Below, in pieces: positions 12,731-25,599 of a stretch of 64,000 nucleotides of DNA. This DNA is from Chlorokybus atmophyticus (taxonomy: Eukaryota; Plantae; Mesostigma and Chlorokybus algae). How positions within the stretch are numbered: the stretch's first letter is position 1; each line of letters starts with the position of its first letter. The stretch spans positions 1 through 64,000 of the forward strand of contig RHPI01003129.1 in assembly GCA_009103225.1 (NCBI GenBank), given 5' to 3'. Both the position numbers and the translations under genes were made by a program. The notes under the pieces were generated by a model. The model saw nothing but the letters and a program-made list of their open reading frames with translations, searched no databases and was not told where the DNA came from.

Positions 12731-15700
12731 TTGTTCATCTGCTTGGTGCATGTTCTAGCATCTCTGCCCTCAAGTAGCAATACGCCGTTGCGCACCTCCT
12801 TTACTCTCGAAATGATGTTGCTGGCATTGGTGTCCAGTGTGTCCTTGGTTTGCTTTGTAGGTAGACATAGTCTCCTAACCCAATTTTCTGCATGCGGGGC
12901 TTGTAGAACCCGCTGCGCACTTGAGCGTACCGCTGAGTGTCTTTATGCTGTGCAATGACCATGACGCGTCTGAATAGCTCAGCCCTTGTGATGAGCTTTT
13001 TGAAGAAGCTGCGCGAATTAAATAAAACTACAACAGCTTTTGCTGGCTTTTTGATGGAAGCCGGAAGCTGTGGATGGCGACCATATAGCAGAAAATATGG
13101 ACTATATGCCCCCAAGGCAGCCTGTATCTCGGCTTACCCTGCATCCCATCATAATCCATGGCAGCTGAAGGTCCCAATTGCTCTTATCATAACTGCGGCA
13201 ACATTTGCGCAGTCCCCCCTTCACAGTCTGCACCAACCTCGCAGTGAGTCCGTCAGTTTTGGGATGGTTGCGGTGCGTACGTTAATTATCAATGAAGCAG
13301 TCGCGTAGCAAGTCATCAAACTTGCCCCGAAACTTCGTGCTTCGGTATGTTAGCACCTCTGCACACCCACCGAATGCTCAACACTTGGTTAAGGAAAGCC
13401 TCCGTGATGGTGTCACTGTTTATGTTCACAAGTGGTGTGACCTCCACCCACTTGCTGAAATGTTCGATCATCACTAAGATGTAGCGATAACCTCTGTTGC
13501 TTATCGGTAGGTCTCCTGCCAGGTCCAAACTCCAACAATAAAACAACCCTTGGATGGGGAGTGGGTGAAGTTGTGGTTGCTTCATTTTTCAGCTGGCCTT
13601 CACCTTGTCACATTCCACGCATTGTTGTGCAATAGCAGCAACCATTGCGGCCACTCCTCACCAATACATCGTAATCACCAACGCCAGTGTGCGCTCGACT
13701 TCGAAGTGTCCCAATTGATGGTGCAGCTTGCGCACACTTTCTTCCTTGTCTTGCAGTATGGGCACCATTCTGGTGGTGCCGTCTTTCATTGTCTTGTGAA
13801 CCTTGTCGTCCTTCCAACTGTAGCTCTGAGAACGACGCCACATGCGATCCTGAGTCGGTGAACTCGCAGCTGGTGGGTGGGTTCCAGTCCTCAAGTATAT
13901 AAACGCATCCTCGTCTAGCCAGATGTCGCCTTGACAGTGTCATCTTCAGCGGGGATGACCCCCTCATCCTCTGCTGCTAGGCAGAGCGTGTCCCTACTGG
14001 TGGTGAGGATGTCAATTGCTTGCGCGTACTCAGTCGCACTTCCCGCAATAATAAGCGGTGCTACATCCGTAGCGACATGGGTGTCAAGCCCATCATCGTG
14101 TCGGGCCTCACTCTCATCTCTGATGTCAGCCATAAGGGTCCTGCTCAATTCATCGGCCGTCCGTGTGTGCTAACCCCGCCTTGTGTTTTATGACAAAGTC
14201 ATACTCCTGTACAATCAATGCCCACCGAGCATGCTTTCAAAGGGAGTCCCTGTCAAGTGGCTGTTGGTGAGTAGCCACTTCAGCGCCTAATGGTCCGTCC
14301 AGCAGTGTGAAAAGCCTTCCAGAAAGGAAAGGCCGGAGTGCACCACTGCCCATACAGCTGCTAAACATTCTCCTTCATAAGAGCTGAAGTTGCCTTCAGC
14401 CTTGTTGTGGCTCCGGCTGGCGTAGGCCACCACGTATCCTGCTCTATCATCATCTTTGTACCAAAGCACAGCACCAATCCCAACTTACTCCAATCCGTGT
14501 GGAGGATATATTCTTTGTTGCAATCAGGTCTCCTCAGCATTTGCGCGTCACTGAGCTTCTTCCTGAGCAGTTCAAATGCTTGTTGGCAATCTTTATCCCA
14601 CTGCCAATGGTTCTCCCTCTGCAGCAGGTCATTCACGTCATTTAGGGTCTGATCAACTTGGTAAAGTTCTTTACATATCGACGGTAGTAGTTTGCCAACC
14701 TTAAGTGCTCTGGGCTTGCTCATGTCCATGGGTGCAGGTACTTGGCCCTTAGCATTTACCTTGGCTTTCTGCACTTGCACTCCCCAAGGTACAATCTCGT
14801 GTCCCAAGTATTGCACGGTGTCGGCTGCAAACTTGCACTTCTTAGGGTGACAGATCATTCCTGCGGCCTTAATTCTCTCAAACACTGCATCGAGATGTTT
14901 CAAGTGGTCCTCCACATTGTTGCTGAAGACCAGCCAACATTATCGATGTAACACCGCGTGAAGGGGAGTCCCCTCAGACCTCGATGTATCACTCTCTAAA
15001 AGACCGTTAGCTCGTTCTTCATGCCAAACGGCACTTTTCACTGGTACAGTGTGTGGCTACCCCAGAAAGCGGTTTTATGCTTGTCTTGCTCTGTAATGTT
15101 GATTCGGTGGAAGCCATCGCGCAAGTTAATAATGGTAAAGACCTTTGCGTTGGCGACATCGTCAAAGATGTCCTCTGCAGTAGGCATTGCATACCTACAT
15201 GTTTCCGTAGCTGCATTTGCAGGTCTAAAGTCCACACACATGTGCATCTGCGTCCAGTTATTCTAAATCCTTCTTTCTAGGCATGACCACAGCAAACGCA
15301 TGGCTAGACATTAACTCTTCAATCAATCCAGCTTCCAGCGGTTTGTCACATTTTTGCTTTACTCCCTCTTTTTCCACTTAACTGAGTGGGTACTCTTTTG
15401 TTCAAATGGGCTCCTCCATTTCAACTTGGATATCCATCTCGTACCTGTTGCAGCGCCCCAACTCTTGCAAGTTGAAGGCGAAGGCTTTTCGGTGTTCCCT
15501 GAGCAATGTCAACACATTTTCTTTTTCTTCTGCTGTGTTCTCTTTGCTCCCAAAGCCCTAGGTGTTTGTAGACTCATCCACACTTTTTGCTGCAGCTGCT
15601 AACACTTGTAACAAAGCAGGCAAAATTGGTTACCCCTCAGTTCCATGGCCGTTGGGCCGTTTCCCACTCCTCAGCAACTGACTCGGTCTCCAACCGTTAG

Positions 15701-15741
15701 GTTGCTTTGACGAGACGCGTGCGCCTCTTGTGCTACCTCTT

Positions 15742-16710
15742 GGGCAGCCAAAGACACAGGCAAGATCCATACCAAGCTATTCGGATCCATGGCTTGGCCA
15801 AGCAGCTGTTGTTGCTGCTGGTTTGTTAGGCGGGTAAAATTGTGGCACCTAGTATAAAGCCCATGGCTCTCTCTCTCTCATCAGCAGTAGGTTCCTCCCA
15901 CTGGCTCGTCTTGTTGTTGTATACCATGCTATGCCCATGGTTGCAAAAAGCATAACTAGTAGGGTATGCGATCAGAGTGGGTAGCGCTCTCCGTGGCTTG
16001 CCCACCTTGTTGACAGAGTACTGTGGTAATCTGTCAACTTTCTGAACTGGCTGTGGCTTCGTCCCTTCTTCCAATATGTCGCTAACCAATAGCTGACCTG
16101 GTTGTCTGTATTCTTGCTGCACTTGCTTGAATAGCTCGGTCGGTGCTAGATTGGTCCAAAACACTTTTAACCGATGTGCGCGCGAACCAAACTGTGCCAC
16201 GTCAAACATGAGTTTCGGCACAATATTGACCTCATGATTTGATATTCATGCCGGACATGATCATGACGGTCGTCAACAGAAGGTACATCTTCAATCCGGT
16301 AGGCAAGGGGGTTGTCCTTGTGTGTAGCTTGCGACACCCGTAGCTTGCAAACTAGCTCCCCAAACAACTTAAACCGAGGGTTTTCCAATCCTTTCCCAAC
16401 TCCTGCTCTGGAATGTCCTTGGCATTCCTATTCAGCGATTACCATGTCGATGAGTCCTACTGCAGACAGGTGTGCTGCTGTGACCAACCGTATGTCAAAA
16501 GGCATTGCCTTCAAACTCCCTTTCAACGCACTCTGTGGCAACAGGTGTGGATACTTCTTAGATCATGGAAGCATGATGTGCAGCGCTCTGCTGCGCCACA
16601 GGGTGCGGGTCCACATACACGTACTGCCGTACTTTAACATCAGCATTCAATGTTGCAGCTAACCCACTTGCCATGCCCGTAAAGAATTCTACAAAACGGT
16701 TACCTTCTTC
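15742..16710 (-). pseudogene. C5 cytosine DNA methyltransferase domain inside the Ty3 pol region
   Basis: Motif I VEFFTGMASGL; YVYVD; motif IV IDMVIAE*ECQGHSRAG (catalytic Cys at about 16422-16424); motif VI LAYRIEDV (ENV-like); motif VIII FDVAQFGSRAHRL..FWTNL; IX EPTADERERAMGF; X LLGQAMD. All in canonical order. Confidence 0.88.
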
Positions 16711-17085
16711 GGGTACACTCCAATGGATAGCATCGGCTTCAAGGTAGCTGTGGCAACGGCACCCCCTCGGGTCTTTCTGCAGGTGGCAACGCGTGAAACC
16801 CCTTCGCCCATGCCCCTTCTACCTTGCGCAATGCTTCGGAGCGCCGTGTGCGCAGCTTCTTGTAGACAAGCTCTACACCCGCAGCTTGCTCTTCAGTAAG
16901 TGTTATTGCTGTCTTTGTTCCCAACTCCTCGATGGAGGCAGTGTGAACTTCCTGTTCATATTGCTCCCACAACTCTCTGATGGATGGCAGCTTCGTGTAG
17001 CATGCCATGTAACGCGGGGCTTGGCCGCTTAGGCCATAGTAGCAAAAGTTGCTAATATGAGAGGATGTGTATTGCTTATTACACA

Positions 17086-17613
17086 GGGGTTTTTACGCGC
17101 GGACCAGTCGAATGCGGCGCGCAGACTATGTCTGGCACGGCTTAGCGTACCAGTGTCGCGACTGGTCCGGCGTGATTGGACCACCGATGGTTCGGCCCTG
17201 GAGCCCACCGATATGGTCCGAATGAATGGACCGGGGCTGGTCAGGTGTCCCGCGGCTTGTAAATCGGTACAGCACTGGTCAGCACGCGGCCAATGAGCCA
17301 GGGCAGCACTGGTACAGAACGCATGTAATGTACGGACCAATCATGGTGCGCATGAGCAGGACCATGCTGCAATGGTATGGTTGTAAGCGGCCCTCGTAGA
17401 TCATGCATGGTCCCGGATCAGCACTCAACAACTGCCAAGCACTGGCTGAGAAGATTATGGACCAGAATTGGAGCGGTGCATTGGCATCAACATGGAAGAG
17501 AATGTTTGATATCTTGCCTGGGCACGATGACACATCTCACCTGGTTCTTTGCACCCAAGGTCACGTGTACCAATGCTAAACGAATAGCACGCACTGGGCT
17601 GCATGGTCCCCTG
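17086..17613. mobile_element. Putative non-autonomous DNA-transposon fragment rich in GGACCA/TGGTCC motifs
   Basis: About 10 GGACC/GGTCC motifs in both orientations. Starts CAGGGG and ends CCCCTG; no TSD found. Confidence 0.35.
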
Positions 17614-18329
17614 TCCATTTGCTAGGGTTTGGGGCTGCAATCGCGGCGGCAACGGCGGCGGCGGCGGTGGCAATATCCTGTGGGGCAGCTGGTTTGGTGG
17701 GCAATACGCATGCACCCAGCATGGCTGACCGGAAAGCAGCTGATATCGTCAAAAGACTTTATCAGTTTATGAGACTCAAGCTACCTGCAGTCAACCTTGC
17801 AGCTTTGCGCAAGTGGAAGCAGCGTTCCAAGTTGGTTGTCAACGCAATGCAAGGTCTCCTATGTCAAAAGAACTTGGAGTTGAGTCAAAGAGAGCAAGCT
17901 CTTGCCCGCAGAGAAGCTTTGGTGTCTAAACTATTGGCTGGCAGCGGCCTCGCTGGTGACAACGCGTCCCCAATGAAGGTGGATGGGCAGGCAGACCCCT
18001 CACTCAAGTATCATCCTTGCCCCCACTAGCTAGCTTTCAAGCCTGGTTGTTTGCGACACGGCTAGCACAGAATTTATGACAGCAGTTATTAAGCGCCTAA
18101 TATAACTCCCTGCAGGCCAGCTTCAGTAACTCAGCTTGCTGCTCACCCCCCTGCAACCGCTGGCTAGCCATCCACTTCTCATTCCCCTCTACTACCGGCT
18201 GCTGAAGCTGGAGGTGGCTCATTTGCCGACGAGCCATTGGATCATGTGGAGAGCCAGCAGTAGCAGCGTCAAGTGATCTGCAACTGCACTGCCAGTGGAT
18301 GCCGCGGCATGGTAAGCAGTGCGGTTTGT

Positions 18330-18530
18330 GACCTAAGCAATCCATTGCTATGACCCAAAGTCTCATAGGCACTGTCCAGTGTCTGCGTCTTACGCAATCC
18401 ATTGCTGACCTGAAGTCTCATAGGCACAGCAAAGGAAGGCATAACTCGTAGGCACTGTCCAGTGCCTTTTACTTATGCCGTCCATTGCTGTGACCAAAAA
18501 ACTAACATCACATGTCATCCTTAGGCACTG
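18330..18530 (-). repeat. Degenerate ~55-65 bp minisatellite, core GGCACTGTCCAGTG
   Basis: Reverse complement of the array at 22161-22470. Confidence 0.65.
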
Positions 18531-21500
18531 GTCAGTCCGGACTTTGACACAGCTATGCGCTCGTGTGTCTTGCTTGTCTGTTTTGGTAGCGTGGTGACAT
18601 GGATTGGTGTTTATTGCTTGCTGTCTAACCAAGCTCTGTCATCATAGACGGTGGGCGAAGCAGCAAGGGCGCACCGTGCAGTTGACCTGGCAGTTGCTGC
18701 AAGCAGGTGGGCACCACCTATTCCCCCTAGTCAACCTCCCGAGCTCAGCCAACCATTTGAGTCTGCTACCAAAAAGTGGCTTAATATCTTCCTAAAGATC
18801 GTGACAGCCCTGAAATATTCTGGTGTCTAGGTTACTCTCGTCAATGAGATCATGAAGCGCATCTTTGGCTAAATAATTTCTGTTGTCAAGCTGACCTTTA
18901 AGGTTTCTATTGGACAGGAGCAGTTGCGGGATGACATTGCCAGCCTCATAGGCGACACAATGACGCACATCCCTGTCGCGGATGAGCTGCTAACAGATAT
19001 TGCCGCCGTGGATAAACTATTGACCTCGCTCGGCGTGCCTGTTCTTCAGCGCCTGACCGATCGTCTAACATGCAAGTACTTGTTTGATGGACCTTATCCC
19101 ACATCCAATGAAGATGATGAGGACTGGGAATCGATGCAGTTCAGTAACAAACTGCCAGACATCATGTGCTTCATGGTCCAGATAATGAGCAGCAATGTGA
19201 AAAGAATTCTCATATGACTAGTCTTTGTGCTTTAGAGCTTGCTATTGCTTCTTGGAACTTGATGATGATTTCGTCCAGCGAGGTAGTGCCAGCACGTCCG
19301 GAAAACCGCAGGGACATGGTTGAGCTGGAAGACTCCATCTCGTAGTCGTCACTGTAGGACGAGAGTGGGGAAGCTCGATGACGAGGAGTGGACAGGAACG
19401 GAGTGAAGCCGGAGACAGAACGCGAGCCTCTGCTGCTGCGATCGTTGCTCCCGTCACTGGTCCAGTTGTATGTGAGATTGGAGGTTGCGCTCCAGCTGCT
19501 GAGGTCACCCTCGTCCATTAAAGACAACGGGGTGGGCCTGCTCATACAGCTAGTCCACAGATGAAGTGTATGCAGGGTAGAGCGTTTGTGCTCTACTGCC
19601 TGTCTCGATGCCGCTACCACTCACCACACTAGTGCTTGTGTGCGCACTATGTGATGACAATGATAACAAATGCACAAGGATGTGTCCCGAGATACAGACT
19701 GCACTATCTTATGCAAAATGCGACGCACTCACTTGAGCAAAGAGGGTGACATTGTGAATCAACAAGCCACTACTAAAAAGTAGTGCTGTTTCCACAGTTC
19801 TTTGCATGAGCGGAACATGTGTTACACTGTTAAGGGAAGTGAATGAGCAAGCAACACATGGATACTATGCTTTTATTGATGCCAATAAGCACACTGCAAC
19901 CAAGCACACCAAGCTCATAGCAATGATAGGCACGATGCACACGAGCATGCATAGGTTCTCACACGTTGAGGGGTTTCTTGATAACCGGGACAGTGTGTTT
20001 GTAGTCCAAGTTGCTTCACAAGCTCTTAGCTTTCTCACTCACAGTATCACCAGCTGATTCGGTGAACACCGTGACTACTTATACAAATCAAGTCACGACT
20101 GTTCATGACATAAGCTAATGGTCATATCGAGGCTATTTCTACAGCAATCCTCACTCAATATAGAACACAACTGACAACTGAACAGACAACTGAACAGCTA
20201 CGTGCGGTGCCTATGTAGGCTTTGGTTGTGAGCTACTCTAAAGTCATGACCTAGCTATTGGTCAGTGACGCGCGCGAGTTGGTATGCTGGTAGGCCGGGC
20301 GATGGTTTCAATGTAGGCATGCTCGATGAAGGCTGGTATGCGCGGCAATAGGCATGACAATCTGCTGTCTCTCTGCCGCCCTGGTTGGTGCGTCTGCGCA
20401 TGTACCTGCAATATTTTATGTGCAAGTGCTGCGCAATCCGTGCAGTCTTGGTGTGTGTGGTTTCTGGACGCCCGTTGGACTTTTGCAGTCCCGCCTTTAC
20501 GTTTGTTCTGCAGTAGGGACAGTGCCCATAGAAAATTCGCTGGTGTGAGGCTGCCTTCGAGTCTCCTCCGACGTGTTGACGATGCCGCCGACACGGTTGG
20601 GATGTCATCATCCATGGTGGTACTTAGCTTGCTGATCTCTGCAATCACTTGCTCTGCGCTACACTCTTATACAAGACAAGCCAGCACTCCGCTGCCATAA
20701 CTCCGCCAGCACCGCCAAAGCTACTTTGGGCACACCAAACATCAGGCTGGCGGCGTCACAAGCGACCGCACAGGCCGCTCCGATGAACCCACACAGACGC
20801 TGGGAAGAAATTTACTGGGAAGTTTTTTGTTGTCAGCTTTTGGCAGTGTTTTGTTCGTTTGCGCGTGCGTTGCGCGCAGTATAACTTCGGCACTGGTTAT
20901 CGCAGCAGCATTGTTGTGAGCATGCGTTGTGCGTTGTGCGCAGTATAACTTCGGCACTGGTTATCGCTGCATTGTTGAGGATATTCTTGTATCCGGTCAG
21001 CTTGCCCTATGGATAAGAATAGCCGCGAGAAGATTCGGGCGCAAGAAGGTTCCAGTTGAGAAAGGTCCAGGCGAGGACTTCAGTCGAGAAGGTTCCAGGC
21101 GCGGAGTCGAGTCCGGAGTCTAGAGACTTCCAGGCGCTGTAGAAGAAACGTTGTAGCTCGGTGGTTACGTCATTGTATGGCACGTGTCATAACTTGTTGG
21201 AAAGCTCTTGAAAGTAGCTACGTGGTGCAACTTGAAGCGCAGGAATCGGTTGAGTGTAAAAGTCGTGGTGGCTTCTAGAGTAGACAGGTGCAGAACTGGC
21301 GGGTATATAAGCCCGCGGTATGACTTTGTTGTAATCCTTAGAAAGCCTTTTGGATCAGCCTTGTGTGTATGCTCTGGTAAAGTGTGTGTACTTGTGCTTG
21401 CACCAACTCCATGCATGGTCAGTAGTGTCTGAATCTCAACATGCATTAAGTCACGTGCTGTAGACTACTGTGTGAGCCTTTTGTCATAGGGAAGCTGAGG

Positions 21501-21538
21501 TGCTTTGTGCATAGTGTAACAATGGTGACCGCAGTGCC

Positions 21539-21840
21539 TTCGGCCAGCCAAGTGTTCAACCCTAGCAACATCGGCCAGAAAACTGGGGACAGGTTCCTGA
21601 GGGATAACCTTTCCTCTGTGCACCCCACCCATGTGCAAAATATGGACAAGTTCACCAACAAGCTGAAGCAATGGGAGCAGATCCGTGGTCTAGGTTGGAA
21701 GGAGGTGAAATTCGACAAGCGGAGCACGGATCCTGCAGCGCAGGCCAGGATTGCCATGCATGAGAGGTTCTACGAGGAGTTAAAGCCGGAGCTGGAGCCT
21801 TTGGTGTTTGAGGAAGGCATAGAGCTCCGCATGTTCAAAG
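21539..21840 (+). other. Orphan exon-like open segment, unknown product
   Basis: CCGCAG acceptor, about 100 open GC3-rich codons (FNPSNIGQKTGDRFLRDN...EEGIELRMFK), AG|GTCAGT donor. No partner exons assigned. Confidence 0.35.
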
Positions 21841-22160
21841 GTCAGTTGTTTTCTGCAAGGTTTGCATTGAATGCCTTCTGTATAGCTCGGTTTTTGTTTA
21901 ACCCAAACCAAGTAGTATTCATGCATATAGCAAGCGTTAGTAGCCGTCAAACTGATTTTGCTGCTGGTCAATGTTGCCACTCTTGCAAGTCAGTTGCCAT
22001 CACATAGTTTGCAAAGTTATCACGTCACTTAACATAGATGACTGTTTAGCGAAATCAGCTAGTTTTCATGCATATGCAACTGTTTTTACTGCTGGTTAAT
22101 GGTGCCATAAATGCTATCACGTTGTTTGCCAGGTTGTCATGTTATTGTTTGTCAAGTTGG

Positions 22161-22470
22161 AACACTGGACAGTGCCTGTAAGTCTTTAGGTCGCATCAAT
22201 GGAATGCGTAACTTGTAGACACTGGACAGTGCCTATCAGACTTTAGGTGGCAGCATTGGACTGCATAAGTCGTAGGCATCGGACAGTGCCTGAGAGTCTT
22301 TAGGGCGCAGCAATGGAATGCATAATTTATAAACACTGGACAGTGCTCATGAGACTTTGGGTCACAGCGATGCACTGCATAATCTAAAGGTCGTAGAACA
22401 CTGGACAGTGCATGTGAGTCTTTAGGCCGCTGCAATGGATTGCATAACGCGTAGACACTGGACAATGCCT
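22161..22470 (+). repeat. Minisatellite of about 5.5 units of 56-65 bp, core ACACTGGACAGTGC
   Basis: Units of ACACTGGACAGTGCCT..GA..CTTTAGG..GCAGCAATGGA.TGCATAA. Confidence 0.85.
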
Positions 22471-22679
22471 TTGAGACCAAGCGGCTTTGTGGACATGTCG
22501 CTCATAAATTTTGCTTAGCATAGCACATTTGGGCATATCTTATACAACGCCAATGGCATATATTATACAACGCCTTGAGAAGCAGAGCGAATTGCCAAAC
22601 ACGACACAGCTGCTTGTCGCCGGTCTGCAGGGTGGGGCATATCTTCAGCCCTGACGATTACAGCCTTTCGCAGACAGTC

Positions 22680-23636
22680 TGTAACGATACCACTACTTAC
22701 TTGCTGGTCGGGGCTTGGCAAACTTACACAAGCACAAGCACTACGGACTTAGAGCGGAAGTCCCACTAGCACCACGGTGCACGGGAAGTTGCAGAAGCGC
22801 ACCAAGGGAGGAGAGGATGACCACCAACCTCTCACACAGCTCCAGCCCCAGGCACACCCTAGCCCAACACACCCACATGCACACACACAACACCACACCC
22901 CACAAGGGATGAGGGGGAGAGCCCCTTCAATAGCTACAACCAGGCACCCCACACACAAGTGGCCCTCAAGTGGTGAACACACTCTGATACCTTCTCCAGG
23001 TCGCAACTGAGCTTTTATACCACTTGCCGCTCTCCCGACCTGGCACATCATTTTCAAGATCCAAGGCCTTGTCGCTGTGTGCTGACCTTCCAGCACATGC
23101 TGACTGTGTCCACATAGGACCTGTCCCATCATAGGACATCAACCTCGGTATCATCAAACCTTGAGATTGTCAAACATCGGACAACAACCTCGGGAATATC
23201 AAACTCCCTCAGTTTTCCATAGGAGGAACAATCCTACCTCGGAACCACAACATAGGCTCTTCTAGTACATTAGTACTTGTAGATTGCCCACAGGCATCAC
23301 TTAGCCTTGCGACTGTCATCACAGTGGCAAATCGCATTACCACAATATAATCCTGTGGTTTGCCAACTTGGCTTTCTTTATTAGACCTATCACAACTTAT
23401 GGCAACTCATAGGTTTGGGCCAAAGGCCTCAGGCACTGACCAACTCTGTGCTAGCCCTCATCAATGCCTTGTGTAATTCATCATACTCGGGGCCATATAG
23501 GCTCAAGAGTAGACATACATGAGAGCGCACCCCACAAGCACTACACATGCTTATGGGATGAAGAACCCACTTGGTCTCTTCTTACTACATAAGTAAGGGA
23601 CAGAGAGTGACTTTTGCTAGCCTTATAGGCATGACA
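22680..23636 (-). repeat. 3' LTR of the deleted Ty3 element
   Basis: TGTAAC...ATGACA; TATAAAAG on the minus strand near 23015. Confidence 0.92.
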
Positions 23637-25599
23637 TGTCTCCCCACTTGCATTGCAACAACCCCGTTGAAAAAGGATGGAACACAAGTTCCGCACAGCT
23701 TCTGGCAAAGTTGGCCAAACCCGCCGATAGCCGCACTCCACGCATGAAAGCAGTGCAAGTCACGGGAGTAACAGAACCAACGCTGATACTAAGTATCAGT
23801 GTCGATGATGTTGGTATGTCACATGCAGAGATTGCAAACGTTTTAGTTTTAGTGCCAAGAAGTTCTCTCGGCTGGAGAGAACTTCTTGCTAACATAAGCA
23901 AGAGGGTGCCCACTCTGGAGCAACACAGCACAAGTGCCCTTAATGGATGCATCGGATATTACCTCAAAGGGCTTGGTGAAATCCGGCAACTGCAATACCG
24001 GCGCCGTCACCAAAGCCTCCTTATTAGACTCAAAGGCCTCTTGCTGCCTTTGTGACCATCTCCATACGACCTTATTACGTAACAGATTAGTGAAAGAAGC
24101 AACATGCGATGAGTACCCCAAGATATATATTCGCGGAAATGGTTGCTCAAGCCCAAGAACGCGCGTAGCTCGTGCACATTTTGCGGGCTAGGCCACTCTT
24201 TGACCTTAGCAACTTTCCTTAGGTCCGGGCGCACGCCCTTTTTGCTTACAATATGGCTAAGAAACTCAAGTTCCGTCTTGCCAAACTCGCACTTGGGCAT
24301 GTAAGCATAGAAATAATGCGCCCGCAATGTTTTCAACACCTCGCGCACATGCGCGGTGTGCAAGTCAGCGTCCTTGCTGACTACGAGTGTATCATCGAAA
24401 TATACAAGCACTGTCTTACCAATCAGCTTGTGAAACACACGGTTTATCATAGCTTGAAAGGTGGCTGGCACATTCGTCAGCCCAAAAGGCAGCACTTTAT
24501 ACTAAAAGTGGCCAAGCGGCGTACGAAACGCTGTCTTTGGCACATCTTTCGGAGTGGTACGTATCTAATGGTACCCACTAATCAGGTCCAAAGCGCTGAA
24601 CACCAAGGCTCCGCTCACTTGATCAAGCAAATCATCTATCCTTGGCAGTGGATACCTATTATTTGATTATCAGCTTATTTAAGGCCCGGTATTCTACGCA
24701 CATGCGTAGCCGGCCATCCTTCTTCGGCACGAAGAGGATGGGTGCCCCAAAGGGAGAGCTACTTGGCTCAATGAATCCCTTTGCAAGCAAGGCTTTGATC
24801 TGCCCCTCCATGTCCGCATACTCAGCCGGACTCAGCCTATGTCAGGTCTGAACGGAGGTTGCGCACCCGATTTAAGAGGGATCGTATGCCACACGTCCCT
24901 CTCAGGTGGCAATACAGGCAATTCAGCTTGAAACACGTCAGCATACTCAGATAATGACCTTTTAGAGCCGCGTCTTGCGGTTTGCCATTGGTGTCATCAA
25001 TTGCAGTGGTTGGGTTGTCAGTGGCAAACGGTCGGACTAGCACCAGAAGAGGTTGAGCTCCATGGCGAACTGCCCTCTTCACCTGCAAAGCACTCAACAA
25101 ACAACATGAGACATCGGTACCAGATCTGTCATCACTTGCAGGGGATACGACATTATGACCATTTGCGCGCAAGGTCACACAACCCCACCCTTTGCGTACA
25201 CTGCAAAGTTTGGTGTTTGCGTCCGTGCGCAAGCCACATGCTTGCTCCCAATGGCTGCTGACAATGACATCCACGCCTGGCACCTCAACTGGGATGACCA
25301 AGAACTTAAGCAGAGCATGATAGCGGTGCACATGCACGGACAAGCGTACGACGCCCCGTACAGGGATTTTACGCTTGTTCAAGGCCACAATCGAATCATC
25401 ACACTTGGTGACACGAATGCCTAAGCGTCGCACGAGAGACTCACTCACAAAGTTCTCCGGCGTGCCCGTGTCTATTATCAAGCTGCATGGCACGTGCGCA
25501 ACTGATGCCTTAAACAACCAAGTCAAGCTTAGAGAACTTACCGGATGGATTATAGGTGGGTCATACAACATATGTGCACGCCCCTTTTCCAGCTTGACT

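Larger units (their letters stand above)
12550..17010 (-). mobile_element. Decayed Ty3/Gypsy retrotransposon, order DNMT-RT-RNaseH-integrase-PHD; LTRs, gag and protease not identified
   Basis: RT RMCVDFRPAN...NLRDGFHRI...KTAFW; RNase H LHTDWS...VAYASRS...EGECLAAVWAV; integrase HHQLGHF, WSLDLAGDLP, IEHFSKWVEV, SPYFLLYGRHP. Many stops and frameshifts. Confidence 0.92.

Noticed and set aside
20881-20953. ATAACTTCG resembling a loxP arm, twice
   Set aside because: Only 9 of 13 arm bases match, there is no inverted second arm or 8-bp spacer, and it is part of a local 37-bp direct repeat.
22161-22470. CRISPR-like repeat/spacer appearance
   Set aside because: The sequence between cores is homologous from unit to unit, so there are no unique spacers. 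The context is eukaryotic with no cas genes; it is a minisatellite.
22688-22710. U1 snRNA-like 5' end (CTACTTACTTGCTGG)
   Set aside because: No downstream U1 stems or Sm site, and it lies inside an LTR present in two copies.
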